A DNA stretch of 64,000 nucleotides, from the NCBI GenBank assembly GCA_036384115.1, contig DASVMZ010000022.1, forward strand, positions 81,303 to 145,302, read 5' to 3'. Positions 42,005 through 51,593 of this stretch are shown piece by piece; position 1 is the first letter of the stretch, and each line of letters begins with the position of its first letter. The translations under genes and the position numbers were made by a program. This stretch comes from Sphingobium sp. (GTDB taxonomy: Bacteria; Pseudomonadota; Alphaproteobacteria; Sphingomonadales; Sphingomonadaceae). Below the pieces are notes generated by a model. That model was not told where the DNA came from and made no database searches. It saw only the letters and a program-made list of their open reading frames with translations.

Positions 42005-42158
42005 CGCGGCCCTATACAGGCGCAGGGCGCCTGCGGAAAGGGTGTGCGCGGCTATCGGCGCGCTTCCCTAGCGGCCCCTATAGCCAGACCGCGATGCAAT
42101 CGTCCCTATTTGCAAATTGTCAGTGGCCATTCAGGAAAATGGCAATAGTGTCCGCGCC

Positions 42159-45125
42159 ATGTCCCTTGCACGTTTGGCTTCGACCCGGCGCACCGCCGCC
42201 TCCCTCCTCATCATCGCGCTGCTGACCGCGCAGCCCGTCGGCGCAAGATCCGGCGCGGCGCTGAACGACAAGCTGCCGAAGGTGGCGCAGGCGGCTGCCC
42301 CGGCCGCTAACGCGCCGCGCCCCTGGCTCTATGAGAATAGCGATGTACCGATCGACCCCGCGTGGCGGTTCGGCACGTTGTCCAACGGCCTGCGCTATGC
42401 GATCCGCAAAAATGGGGTGCCGCCGGGGCAGGTCTCCATCCGGGTCCGTGTCGATGCCGGATCGCTGATGGAAAAGCCGGACGAGCGCGGCTTTGCCCAT
42501 TTCATCGAACATCTGACCTTTCGCGGGTCGCGCGACGTGCCCGATGGCGAGGCCAAGCGCATCTGGCAGCGGCTGGGCGCAACCTTTGGCAGCGACAGCA
42601 ATGCCCAGACGACGCCAACCGGCACCACCTATGCGCTCGACCTGCCCGAGGCGAATGCGGCGGGTCTGGACGAGAGCATGAAGATACTCTCCGGCATGCT
42701 GGCCGCGCCCAATATCGTGCCGCAGGCCGTCGATGCGGAGCGTGCCGTCGTCTCGGCGGAAATGCGCGAATCACTCAGCCCCGGCGTGACGGTGGGCAAT
42801 GCGGCGCGGGAACTTTATTTCGCCGGGCAGCCGCTGGCCAAATCCAACCCGATCGGCACCACCGAATCATTGACCAAGGCGCGGGCGGACGGCCTCAAGG
42901 CCTTCCACGACCGCTGGTATCGACCGGACCGGACAGTGATTGCCATCTCCGGTGACATCGACCCGGCGTTGATGGAAACCTATGTCCAGCGCTATTTCGG
43001 TGGCTGGAAAGCCGAAGGAGCAGCGACGCCCGACCCCGATTTCGGCGAACCAGATGCAGCCGCACCCGAAACGCGCGTGGTCGTGGAGCCAAGCGCACCC
43101 ATTTCCGTCGGCCTTGCATGGCTGCGGCCCTGGCATCCGAAGGCGGACACCATCGCCTATAATCAGGGCAAGCTGATCGAGACGCTGGCACTCCAGATCA
43201 TCAACCGGCGACTGGAGGAGGCCGCGCGCAATGGCGCATCCTATATCACTGCCTCGGTCGACCAGCAGGATGTGAGCCGTTCGGTCGATGGCACCTTCGT
43301 CACGGTGACGCCGGTCGGCAGCGACTGGAAAAAGGCGATGGACGATGTCCGCGCGATCATCGCCGATGCATCCCAGACCCCGCCGAGCGAGGAGGATATT
43401 GCGCGCGACTATGCCCAGCTCGAAACCGCCTTCGCCATCGGCGCGGAGAATGCGGATACGGAAGCCAGTGCAAACCAGGCGGAGACGCTGACCGGCGCGG
43501 TCGATATTCGCGAGACGACGGTGACGGCGCAGGCCGCCCTCGACATCTATCGCTCGGCCAAGCCGCTGATGACGCCGCAGAGAATGCTGGACGCGACACG
43601 GCGCATGTTCACCGGCGATGCGAAGCGCGCGATGCTGACCCTGCCCGTGGCGGAGCGGGGCGCCGATGTGGCGCTGACTGCCGCATTCAAAGCGCCAGTC
43701 GCCCCCGCCAAGGACATGCGCCTCGCCGCCGGATCGGTCACGATGGACGCGCTACCCAAGCTGCCAGCCGCCGGAACTGTGGTCTCGCACGAGACGGCCG
43801 GACCGCTCAAGATCGAAAAGGTCACTTTCTCCAATGGCGTCAAGCTGCTGCTCTTTGCCAATGCAGCGGAGAAGGAGAAAGTGCGGATCAACATCCGGTT
43901 CGGCAATGGCGAACAGAGTTTCGCACCGGGGCAGGAGACAGCGATCTGGGCCGCGCCCTATGTGCTGGCCACCAATGGCATCGGGACATTGGGACAGCGC
44001 CAGCTCGACCAGTTGACCAATGGCCGCCGGATGGAGTTTAAATTCGCCGTCTCGGAAAATGCCTTCGAGCTTTCCGCGGTCAGTCGTCCGGCCGACTATA
44101 AGGACCAGTTGCGGCTCTATGCGACCAAGCTGGCGTTTCCGCGCTGGGATCCCGCCCCTCTGACCCGCGTCAAGGCGGTGTTCGGCGCGGCCGAGCGGGC
44201 GAGCAGCAGTTCCCCCGATGCGCTGCTGGGCCGTGACCTCAGCTGGTTGCTCAGAAACAAGGACGGGCGCTTTGCCCCGGCGATCCCTGACCGAGTCGCC
44301 AAGCTGACCCCCGCATCCTTTCGCGCCATATGGGAGCCGCGTCTGGCCCAAGGCCCGGTCGAGGTGGAAATATTCGGCGATGTGAAGCCGGACGAGGCGA
44401 TCCAGGCGGTGGCCGAGACGTTCGGTGCGCTGGCGCCGCGCAAGGATGTGCCGCCACCGCCAGCCAATCGCAAGCTGGTGTTCCCCGCACATAACCCCCG
44501 GCCACTGGTGCTGCGTCACGATGGCGCTGCGGAGCAGGCAGCGGCGGTGATCGCGTGGCCAACGGGTGGCGGCTATGGCGCGCTGAAGGACAGCCGTCAG
44601 CTCGAAATCCTGTCGCAGGTCATCAATGACCGCCTGTTCGAGCGGTTCCGGTCGATGGATGGCGCGGCCTATAGCCCCAACGTCTCCAACGTCTGGCCGT
44701 TGACCTATGATAGCGGCGGCTATGTCGCGGTGGCGAGCCAGATCAAGCCGGACCGGATCGCCGCCTTTGGCACCATCGTTCATGACATCGCCCATGATCT
44801 CGCCACCACGCCGGTGAGCGATGACGAGTTGCAGCGGATCGTTGCGCCGATGCGGCAATTGCTGGGCCGCGCCAGCACGGGCAACGCATTCTGGATGTCC
44901 CAGATCGAGGGGGCGACGCGTGACCCCAACGTCCTGCCTGCGATGAGCAGTTTCGGCAGCGACCTGCTGGAGGTGACGGCAGCGGACATCCAGCGGCTGG
45001 CGAAACGCTATCTGGTCGAGGGCAAGAGCTGGTCGGTGATCGTGCTGTCGAAGGCCACGCCGGTCCCGGCTGCGCTTGCCAGGGGATGGCCCGATGTGAA
45101 GCTGCCCGGCGTGGCGGCTCGATAA
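42159..45125 (+). CDS. Secreted M16 zinc metallopeptidase (PqqL-like)
   Basis: Signal peptide, LSNGLRY, GFAHFIEHL (HxxEH), two M16 halves. Confidence 0.9.
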   Translation: MSLARLASTRRTAASLLIIALLTAQPVGARSGAALNDKLPKVAQAAAPAANAPRPWLYENSDVPIDPAWRFGTLSNGLRYAIRKNGVPPGQVSIRVRVDAGSLMEKPDERGFAHFIEHLTFRGSRDVPDGEAKRIWQRLGATFGSDSNAQTTPTGTTYALDLPEANAAGLDESMKILSGMLAAPNIVPQAVDAERAVVSAEMRESLSPGVTVGNAARELYFAGQPLAKSNPIGTTESLTKARADGLKAFHDRWYRPDRTVIAISGDIDPALMETYVQRYFGGWKAEGAATPDPDFGEPDAAAPETRVVVEPSAPISVGLAWLRPWHPKADTIAYNQGKLIETLALQIINRRLEEAARNGASYITASVDQQDVSRSVDGTFVTVTPVGSDWKKAMDDVRAIIADASQTPPSEEDIARDYAQLETAFAIGAENADTEASANQAETLTGAVDIRETTVTAQAALDIYRSAKPLMTPQRMLDATRRMFTGDAKRAMLTLPVAERGADVALTAAFKAPVAPAKDMRLAAGSVTMDALPKLPAAGTVVSHETAGPLKIEKVTFSNGVKLLLFANAAEKEKVRINIRFGNGEQSFAPGQETAIWAAPYVLATNGIGTLGQRQLDQLTNGRRMEFKFAVSENAFELSAVSRPADYKDQLRLYATKLAFPRWDPAPLTRVKAVFGAAERASSSSPDALLGRDLSWLLRNKDGRFAPAIPDRVAKLTPASFRAIWEPRLAQGPVEVEIFGDVKPDEAIQAVAETFGALAPRKDVPPPPANRKLVFPAHNPRPLVLRHDGAAEQAAAVIAWPTGGGYGALKDSRQLEILSQVINDRLFERFRSMDGAAYSPNVSNVWPLTYDSGGYVAVASQIKPDRIAAFGTIVHDIAHDLATTPVSDDELQRIVAPMRQLLGRASTGNAFWMSQIEGATRDPNVLPAMSSFGSDLLEVTAADIQRLAKRYLVEGKSWSVIVLSKATPVPAALARGWPDVKLPGVAAR

Positions 45126-45250
45126 AGCTGTCGCAGCCAGGGATGCGGGCGCGTTGGGTGCTTGCGTTACGCCGCGCTTGCCACCACATAGCCAGCTAAA
45201 GCCAGCGGGGCGGCGGCATCGTGCGCCCCGAGCCAGAGGTGCTCTGTCCG

Positions 45251-45832
45251 ATGATGATTGAAACCGAAACCACGCCCAACCCGGCGACGCTGAAATTCCT
45301 GCCCGGCCGCCAGGTGATGGCGTCCGGTACGCGCGATTTCCCGACGCCCGAGGCGGCCGAGGCATCGCCGCTTGCCGACGCCCTGTTCAGCCTGGGCGAT
45401 GTGACCGGCATATTGTTCGGGCAGGATTTCGTGGCCGTCACCGCCGCACCCGGCGTGTCCTGGCCGGAGTTGAAGGGCGATGTCGTCACCATCATCCTGG
45501 AACATTTCCTGACCGAACAGCCCCTGTTTCGGGGCGGCGACACGAGCGGCATCTCTATCCCCGCCGATGCTGAGGACGAAGGCTTCACCGACGACCCCGA
45601 AGATGCCGAGATCGTCGACCAGATCCGCGAATTGATCGAGACGCGCGTGCGGCCCGCCGTGGCCAATGACGGTGGCGACATCATCTATCGCGGCTTCGAC
45701 AAGGGCACGGTCTATCTCAAGATGCAGGGCGCCTGCTCCGGCTGCCCCTCCTCCACCGCGACGCTGAAGAACGGGATAGAGACGCTGCTCAAACATTATG
45801 TCCCCGAAGTCACCGAGGTACGGGCCGTCTAA
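45251..45832 (+). CDS. Nfu-type Fe-S cluster carrier
   Basis: TPNPATLKF scaffold domain; VRPAVANDGGDI, GACSGCPSS. Confidence 0.92.
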   Translation: MMIETETTPNPATLKFLPGRQVMASGTRDFPTPEAAEASPLADALFSLGDVTGILFGQDFVAVTAAPGVSWPELKGDVVTIILEHFLTEQPLFRGGDTSGISIPADAEDEGFTDDPEDAEIVDQIRELIETRVRPAVANDGGDIIYRGFDKGTVYLKMQGACSGCPSSTATLKNGIETLLKHYVPEVTEVRAV

Positions 45833-45838
45833 CCCAGC

Positions 45839-46567
45839 ATGTTGACCCCTGGCTTGCGGACACTGGTTATCGACTGCACGACGCAGGCGCTCTCGATCGC
45901 ACTGGTCGGTGAAGATATGCGCCCCGATAATGCCCACTCCAATGATGACGGCTCCAATGATGACGGCTCCAATTACCGCTATCAGTTGATGGGGCGCGGC
46001 CATGCCGAAATGCTGGTCCCGATGATCCAGGAGATGCTGGCGGGACGCCGCGCCGATGCCATCGCAGTGGATGTGGGACCGGGCAGCTTTACCGGGATCA
46101 GGGTCGGCATCGCGGCGGCGCGGGCTCTGGGTTTCGCCTGGGGTGTGCCGGTGACGGGTTATGATTGCCTCTCCCTGTGCGCGGCTATGGTTCGGGATGA
46201 CAGGGCGCGTCAGGATGGGATCGCGGCAGATGAGCCGATCACAATCGTGATGACCGGTGGCCATGGCGAGCTTTTCTGGCAGCGCTTCGAGGCCGACACA
46301 CTCCACATACTGCATCCACTGACGTCGACGCCGGTTGCCGATCTGGCACGCGATCTGGGCGATGCGCGGCTCCATGGGTCGGGTGCGGCGACGTTGGTGG
46401 AGGCGCGCGGCTGGGGCGAGGCGAGCGATTGCCTGCCCGATGCGCGTCGCTACTCTCTGCTGTCCCCGGCCCGGCGCGCCCTACCGCCCGTAGCTATCTA
46501 TGGCCGGGAGGCCGACGCAAAGCCAATGGCGAGCGCTGTCCCTGCTATCTCTGCGGCTGGCGCATGA
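45839..46567 (+). CDS. tsaB: t6A biosynthesis protein TsaB
   Basis: GRGHAEMLVP, GPGSFTGIRVG. Confidence 0.92.
   Translation: MLTPGLRTLVIDCTTQALSIALVGEDMRPDNAHSNDDGSNDDGSNYRYQLMGRGHAEMLVPMIQEMLAGRRADAIAVDVGPGSFTGIRVGIAAARALGFAWGVPVTGYDCLSLCAAMVRDDRARQDGIAADEPITIVMTGGHGELFWQRFEADTLHILHPLTSTPVADLARDLGDARLHGSGAATLVEARGWGEASDCLPDARRYSLLSPARRALPPVAIYGREADAKPMASAVPAISAAGA
45937..45973 (+). repeat. 15-bp in-frame tandem repeat (2.5 copies) inside tsaB
   Basis: CTCCAATGATGACGG twice plus CTCCAAT, encoding SNDDG-SNDDG-SN. Confidence 0.85.
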
Positions 46568-47043
46568 TCGGCAGCCTCGTCATCACCGTGCATGAAGTAT
46601 CCGCGCCTGCCGTCATTGCCGATTGCATGGCAGTGATGAACACCGCCTTCGACCCCATTTATGGCGAGGCCTGGACCCCCGACCAGACCTGTTCGATGCT
46701 CGATCTGCCTGGCACCTTCCTGGTCGCGGGGCGGGTCGGCGATACCATGCTCGGCTTTGGCCTTGTCCGCTCCATCGCGGGAGAGGCCGAACTTCTGCTG
46801 CTCGGCGTCGATCCCGCGGCGCGGCGCAGAGGTTATGGGCAGATGATATTGCAACGCTGTATCGATTTTTCTGCCCGCACAGGCGCTGACACGATGTTCC
46901 TGGAAGTACGCGAAGGCAATGAAGCCATAGGTTTGTACAGAGCGGCCAGCTTTCAACAATATAGTAGTAGACCTAATTACTATCTGGGCCGCGATGGCCA
47001 GCGTCGCTCTGCATTGAGCTTTAAGCGTCAGATCGCAAAATGA
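46564..47043 (+). CDS. rimI: RimI-like GNAT acetyltransferase
   Basis: EAELLLLGV, RRRGYG, FLEVREGN, RPNYY; overlaps the tsaB stop. Confidence 0.85.
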   Translation: MIGSLVITVHEVSAPAVIADCMAVMNTAFDPIYGEAWTPDQTCSMLDLPGTFLVAGRVGDTMLGFGLVRSIAGEAELLLLGVDPAARRRGYGQMILQRCIDFSARTGADTMFLEVREGNEAIGLYRAASFQQYSSRPNYYLGRDGQRRSALSFKRQIAK

Positions 47044-47153
47044 CACGAACTAACCTAGATTAATGCTTGCAGGATGTATGAACCGCGCCTAAGGCCGACA
47101 ATGTTGACAAATCAAAAACCAAGCGGTCGCCCATTATAAGAAAGGATTGTAAC

Positions 47154-47570
47154 GTGTCGGAATCTTCGGCTCAGGATGAGTTGCTTGTCACGCTTACCGC
47201 AGACATTGTCGCGGCGCATGTTTCCAACAATAGTGTCGCAGTATCGGACTTGTCCCTGCTGATCCAGAACGTGCATGGTGCTCTGACTGGTCTTTCCAGC
47301 GAGAAGCCGGTGCCGCAGGTCAAGCAGGAACCAGCGGTTTCCATCCGCTCCTCGATCAAGCCTGACTATCTGGTTTGTTTGGAAGATGGCAAGAAGCTCA
47401 AGATGCTCAAGCGCCACCTGATGACTCATTATCAGATGACGCCGGACGATTATCGCACAAAATGGAACTTGCCCGCCGACTATCCGATGGTCGCACCTAG
47501 CTATGCCGAGCAGCGCCGCTCGCTCGCCAAGAAGATCGGCCTGGGCACGGCGCGCCGCCGCGCCAAGTAA
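47154..47570 (+). CDS. mucR: MucR/Ros zinc-finger regulator
   Basis: TADIVAAHVSNN, CLEDGKKLKMLKRHL, DYPMVAP. Confidence 0.95.
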   Translation: MSESSAQDELLVTLTADIVAAHVSNNSVAVSDLSLLIQNVHGALTGLSSEKPVPQVKQEPAVSIRSSIKPDYLVCLEDGKKLKMLKRHLMTHYQMTPDDYRTKWNLPADYPMVAPSYAEQRRSLAKKIGLGTARRRAK

Positions 47571-47607
47571 GGCTGCCCGGCAAGGTTTCGGCCTGGCCAG
47601 ATGATAA

Positions 47608-47633
47608 GCGGCGCCCGAACAGGCGCCGTTTTT
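47608..47633 (+). terminator. Intrinsic terminator after mucR
   Basis: CGGCGCC/GGCGCCG stem plus TTTTT. Confidence 0.7.
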
Positions 47634-47749
47634 CGTTTAAAACAGATTTGCATTTGCCAGCCCCGTTGCGCTGGTCCGCTTTGGGCTTTTTTTCTGCAAT
47701 GCCGGGCGACTGCCTTGGCGATGCCGCATGCATGGAGTAGATCACAGCC

Positions 47750-48172
47750 ATGGGACGTGAAATTGACATCGAGGCTCTGTGCGTTGAGCGCGGATTGCGA
47801 GTAACCGATCAGCGGCGCGTTATCGCGCGCGTGCTGTCCGAGGCGGAGGATCATCCCGACGTCGAGAAGGTTTATGAACGCGCCGTCGGCATCGACCCGC
47901 AAATCTCCATCGCCACTGTATACCGCACGGTCCGCCTGTTCGAGGAAGCCGGCATTCTGGAACGGCATGATTTCGGCGATGGCCGTGCCCGCTATGAAGC
48001 GGCGCCCGAAGCACATCACGACCATCTGATCGATGTGGAAAGCGGCAAGGTCATCGAGTTCGTCGATCCCGAACTTGAACAGTTGCAGAAGCAGATCGCC
48101 GAGCGACTGGGCTTCCGTCTGGTCGATCACCGCATGGAACTCTACGGCGTATCGCTCAACCGCAAGAGTTGA
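47750..48172 (+). CDS. fur: Fur family regulator
   Basis: GLRVTDQRR, DHPDVE, ISIATVYR, HHDHLID. Confidence 0.92.
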   Translation: MGREIDIEALCVERGLRVTDQRRVIARVLSEAEDHPDVEKVYERAVGIDPQISIATVYRTVRLFEEAGILERHDFGDGRARYEAAPEAHHDHLIDVESGKVIEFVDPELEQLQKQIAERLGFRLVDHRMELYGVSLNRKS

Positions 48173-48179
48173 GGGACGC

Positions 48180-48914
48180 TTGCCCCGCCGGGTGAGATGC
48201 TGGGCAAGAGTGGCGGCACTGCTGCTACTGTTGCTCGCCTGTGTACTGCCGCATCTGCTGGCGCGCCTATTGTTCCGGGAGTCGCGCTGGCCGCGCCGCT
48301 TCCTGGGATGGGCGGGGTGGGTGTGCGGCGCCCGCGTCGAGGTGGTGGGCATGCCGCTCGACCGCAATGTGTTCTTCGTCGCCAACCATATGAGCTGGCT
48401 GGACATATTGGTGTTGGGCGGGACGACGGGATGCGCCTTCGTCTCCCGCGACGACGTTGGCCGCTGGCCGATCATTGGCTGGCTGGCAGCGCAGAATAAC
48501 ACTTTGCTGGTCAGCCGTGCAACCCGCGGCGCGGTGCGGGGACAGATCGGCGCCCTGCGCGATGCCATGGCGCGGCATCAACCAGTGACATTATTCCCCG
48601 AGGGGACGACGGGGGACGGCCACAGCCTGCTGCCGTTCAAACCCGCCCTGTTCGCGGTCCTGTTACCGCCGCCGCGCGCCATCCGCGTGCAACCCGCGTT
48701 GATCGATTATGGCGCGGCGACCGACGACATCGCCTGGATCAACGATGAGCCGGGAAGCGCTAATGCCATCCGCGTGTTGGGACGGCGGGAGACAGGGGTG
48801 ACACTACATTTTCTCGACCCCTTCGATCCGGGCGACCAGCCGGACCGCAAGGCGATGGCAGCCGAAGCACAGGCGCGAATCGAGGCGGCGCTGCGACTTG
48901 GCCAAGGTTTGTGA
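48180..48914 (+). CDS. 1-acyl-glycerol-3-phosphate acyltransferase family protein
   Basis: NHMSWLD (HX4D), FPEGTT; start codon uncertain (TTG 48180 or GTG 48192). Confidence 0.88.
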   Translation: MPRRVRCWARVAALLLLLLACVLPHLLARLLFRESRWPRRFLGWAGWVCGARVEVVGMPLDRNVFFVANHMSWLDILVLGGTTGCAFVSRDDVGRWPIIGWLAAQNNTLLVSRATRGAVRGQIGALRDAMARHQPVTLFPEGTTGDGHSLLPFKPALFAVLLPPPRAIRVQPALIDYGAATDDIAWINDEPGSANAIRVLGRRETGVTLHFLDPFDPGDQPDRKAMAAEAQARIEAALRLGQGL

Positions 48915-49106
48915 TTGCCGGGTGCGACCATTTGCGGACGCAAGGGAATCCTAATCCGTTCGGGCTGAGCCAAGGTCGAAGCCTTCTATCGCGTGGATGC
49001 GATGCTTGCTTCGCCTTCGCTCAGGTGAACGGTGAAAGAAAATCTGCCGCCCTTCCACCCAAATCACTCCCTCACCCATCGCAACTCCAACCCTACCCCC
49101 ACAGCC

Positions 49107-49760
49107 CTATCGCGCCAGTTCCCGCGCCCGCCCCGACCAGGCCTCAGCCAGCACCGGCATGGCAGCCAGCGCCGCGACACCCGCGGGATCGCCCCTGTGG
49201 CCACCCGCGACCAGCAGGTCGAAAACCCGCGTCATCGGCCATTCGGGCAAGCGGCGCTCGATCAGTGCCATGTGGTCGCCTGCCTGCGCCTCTCCCGTGC
49301 GGATGACGCGCAGGTAAAATCCTGCTCGGCCGGTCTTCACCACTGTCCCCAATATATCGGGTCTACCGAACCGATGATTCAGCTTGCGGCACGGCTGGCG
49401 GCCATGGCTGACTTCCAGAATCGCACTGCCCAGCGTAAATCGGTCGCCCAGACAGAAATCAGCGTCCACCGCGCCCGACACAGCGATATTCTCGCCAAAG
49501 GCACCCGGCGCGTCCAGCAGGGCATGGTCGCCCAGCCGCTCTCGCCACCAGCGATAATGGTCCTGCGGATAGAGGTGGATCGCCTTGTCATGCCCGCCAT
49601 GGTGGATGGGGTCCGCCACCGCGTCCCCTTCCAGACCCATCCAGTCGATCCGCACCGGCCCGGCCACTGGCGCCTTGGCCATAGCGCTCATCACCCCCTC
49701 GGCAATCGGGCGGGGCCCGCCGATCAGAAGCGCATCGACGCGAAGATCGAGAGAAGCCAT
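49107..49760 (-). CDS. MOSC domain protein (YiiM-like)
   Basis: HHGGHDKAI, GAFGENI, RQPCRKL, GFYLRV. Confidence 0.9.
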   Translation of the reverse strand: MASLDLRVDALLIGGPRPIAEGVMSAMAKAPVAGPVRIDWMGLEGDAVADPIHHGGHDKAIHLYPQDHYRWWRERLGDHALLDAPGAFGENIAVSGAVDADFCLGDRFTLGSAILEVSHGRQPCRKLNHRFGRPDILGTVVKTGRAGFYLRVIRTGEAQAGDHMALIERRLPEWPMTRVFDLLVAGGHRGDPAGVAALAAMPVLAEAWSGRARELAR

Positions 49761-49820
49761 GCCCACTCTTAGCAAGGGGATCGATGCCCTGCCAATCCGG
49801 CGCAGATACAGAGGGGCGGA

Positions 49821-50039
49821 TTATCGCGCGGACAATTCCGATCCGCGTTTCAGCACGCGTCCACCCTCCTCCGTCTCGACCAGATAGGCGGGATTAGCTG
49901 TCGTGCCGTTGCGGACGATGCATTGCCCCTTGATCGTCCGCTGCACGCGCCGCTCGAACCGTTCGCGCACTGTGCCCGCGCCCATGCCCGTCCCCCAGTT
50001 CCACGTCACCGGCGCCCCCTTGTCATAACTGTTGGTCAT
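49821..50039 (-). CDS. Small DUF2945/Tudor-like protein
   Basis: VTWNWGTG...VQRTIKG..IVRNGT..NPAYLV...VLKRGSEL; RBS GAAGGA. Confidence 0.7.
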   Translation of the reverse strand: MTNSYDKGAPVTWNWGTGMGAGTVRERFERRVQRTIKGQCIVRNGTTANPAYLVETEEGGRVLKRGSELSAR

Positions 50040-50129
50040 ATGCGTCCTTCCCGTCACACTGACCCGGACGCTCCAACTGTCAGGCGGTTCCGCTTTTGCT
50101 TTGCCGCCACTCACCGCTATAGCGCCGCG

Positions 50130-51278
50130 ATGGATGCCAAAGACCTTCGTATCGCCCTTTTCAGCGGCAATTATAATTACGTCCGCGACGGTGCCAATCG
50201 TGCACTCAATTCGCTCGTCGGCTATCTGCTGCGGCAGGGCGCGCAAGTTCGCATCTATTCGCCGACCGTCAGCGAGCCTGCCTTCCCGCCCACGGGCGAT
50301 CTGGTCAGCCTGCCCAGCTTCGCGGTTCCGGGCCGGGGTGAATATCGCATCCCCATCGGTCTCTCGCCGCGCGTTCGCCGCGACCTCAAGGCTTTTGCGC
50401 CCAACATCGTGCATATCTCCAGCCCGGACCCCAGCGCGCACCGCGCGGTAACATGGGCGCTGGACCGCGACCTGCCCGTTCTGGCCTCCGTCCACACCCA
50501 TTTCGAGACCTATTTTCGCTACTATAACCTCTCCTTCCTGGAGCCGGTAATGGCCGCCATGCTGCGCCGCCTCTATCGTCGCTGCAACGCGCTGGTCGCC
50601 CCATCGGAGAGCTTTGCCCAGGTCCTGCGCGAGCAACGGATGAACTATGACATCTCCATCTGGTCGCGTGGCATCGACCGGGACGTGTTCAACCCCGGCC
50701 GCCGCGACGCCGGCTGGCGACGGGCGCAGGGCGTAGGGGAGGATGAGGTCGTCATCGGCTTCCTGGGCCGCCTCGTCATGGAAAAGGGGCTGGATGTCTT
50801 TTCGGACACGATCGATGCGCTGCGTCGGCGGGGCGTGCCGCACAGGATATTGGTGGTGGGGGATGGCCCCGCCCGCGAATGGTTCGAGCGGCGGCTGCCC
50901 GGTGCGATCTTCACCGGCTTTCAGGCGGGTGCAGACCTTGCCCGCGCGGTTGCGGCGATGAACGTGCTGTTCAACCCGTCCGAGACGGAGACATTCGGCA
51001 ACGTGACTCTGGAGGCCATGGCCTGCGCCGTGCCTGCGCTCGGCGCCCGCGCGACCGGCAGCGCCAGCATCATCCACCATGGCATCACGGGCTTTCTGTG
51101 CGAGCCGGGGTCCGTCACCGAATTTGCCAACTGCCTGGAAACCTATGTTCGTGACCCGGCCCTGCGCGCGGCGCATGCAACCGCCGCTGCGCGTGAGGCA
51201 TCCCGTTACGAATGGGATCCGATCAACCAGGCAGTGGTTGATGCCTATCTGCGGCTGATCGCGGCCAAGGGACGATAG
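50130..51278 (+). CDS. GT4 glycosyltransferase (MgtA/PimB-like)
   Basis: RIALFSGNY, GRLVMEKG, VGDGP, ETFGNVTLEAMA. Confidence 0.9.
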   Translation: MDAKDLRIALFSGNYNYVRDGANRALNSLVGYLLRQGAQVRIYSPTVSEPAFPPTGDLVSLPSFAVPGRGEYRIPIGLSPRVRRDLKAFAPNIVHISSPDPSAHRAVTWALDRDLPVLASVHTHFETYFRYYNLSFLEPVMAAMLRRLYRRCNALVAPSESFAQVLREQRMNYDISIWSRGIDRDVFNPGRRDAGWRRAQGVGEDEVVIGFLGRLVMEKGLDVFSDTIDALRRRGVPHRILVVGDGPAREWFERRLPGAIFTGFQAGADLARAVAAMNVLFNPSETETFGNVTLEAMACAVPALGARATGSASIIHHGITGFLCEPGSVTEFANCLETYVRDPALRAAHATAAAREASRYEWDPINQAVVDAYLRLIAAKGR

Positions 51279-51287
51279 GACTGGGCG

Positions 51288-51473
51288 GTGCGAACCCGGC
51301 TGAGCATCTGTCTGAAGAAAATGCGCTATGGTTCGGAAGCGGATGCGCTTGCCATCGTGCAACGCTCCGGCCTACCCCTTCGCCCCTATCGCTGCGACCG
51401 CTGCCGACAATTCCACCTGACCAGCCGGACCAAGGGCAAGCGACGACCGGCGCCCCCGCCAAGAGAAGCGTGA
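51288..51473 (+). CDS. Small basic Cys/His zinc-ribbon-like protein
   Basis: CLKKMRY...PYRCDRCRQFHLTS. Confidence 0.6.
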   Translation: MRTRLSICLKKMRYGSEADALAIVQRSGLPLRPYRCDRCRQFHLTSRTKGKRRPAPPPREA

Positions 51474-51593
51474 CGGGATAGGGGTGAGGAAGGGAGAAGG
51501 CGCACTCCGATCCTCCTGCTTTCACAAACGCTGGATCACGCGCGCCTCCGCAGCGCCCCCTCCCCGACCCGGCCCGAGGAGGCCTTTTCCGCT

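Noticed and set aside
43752-45365. 537-aa minus-strand ORF; likewise 20902-22422, 40640-42148 and 35232-36563
   Set aside because: Antisense shadows of well-supported genes (M16 peptidase, copA/sigma, miaB, rhlE).
49821-51362. 513-aa minus-strand ORF
   Set aside because: Only the last 72 codons (from ATG 50039) look like a real gene; the rest is antisense to the GT4.
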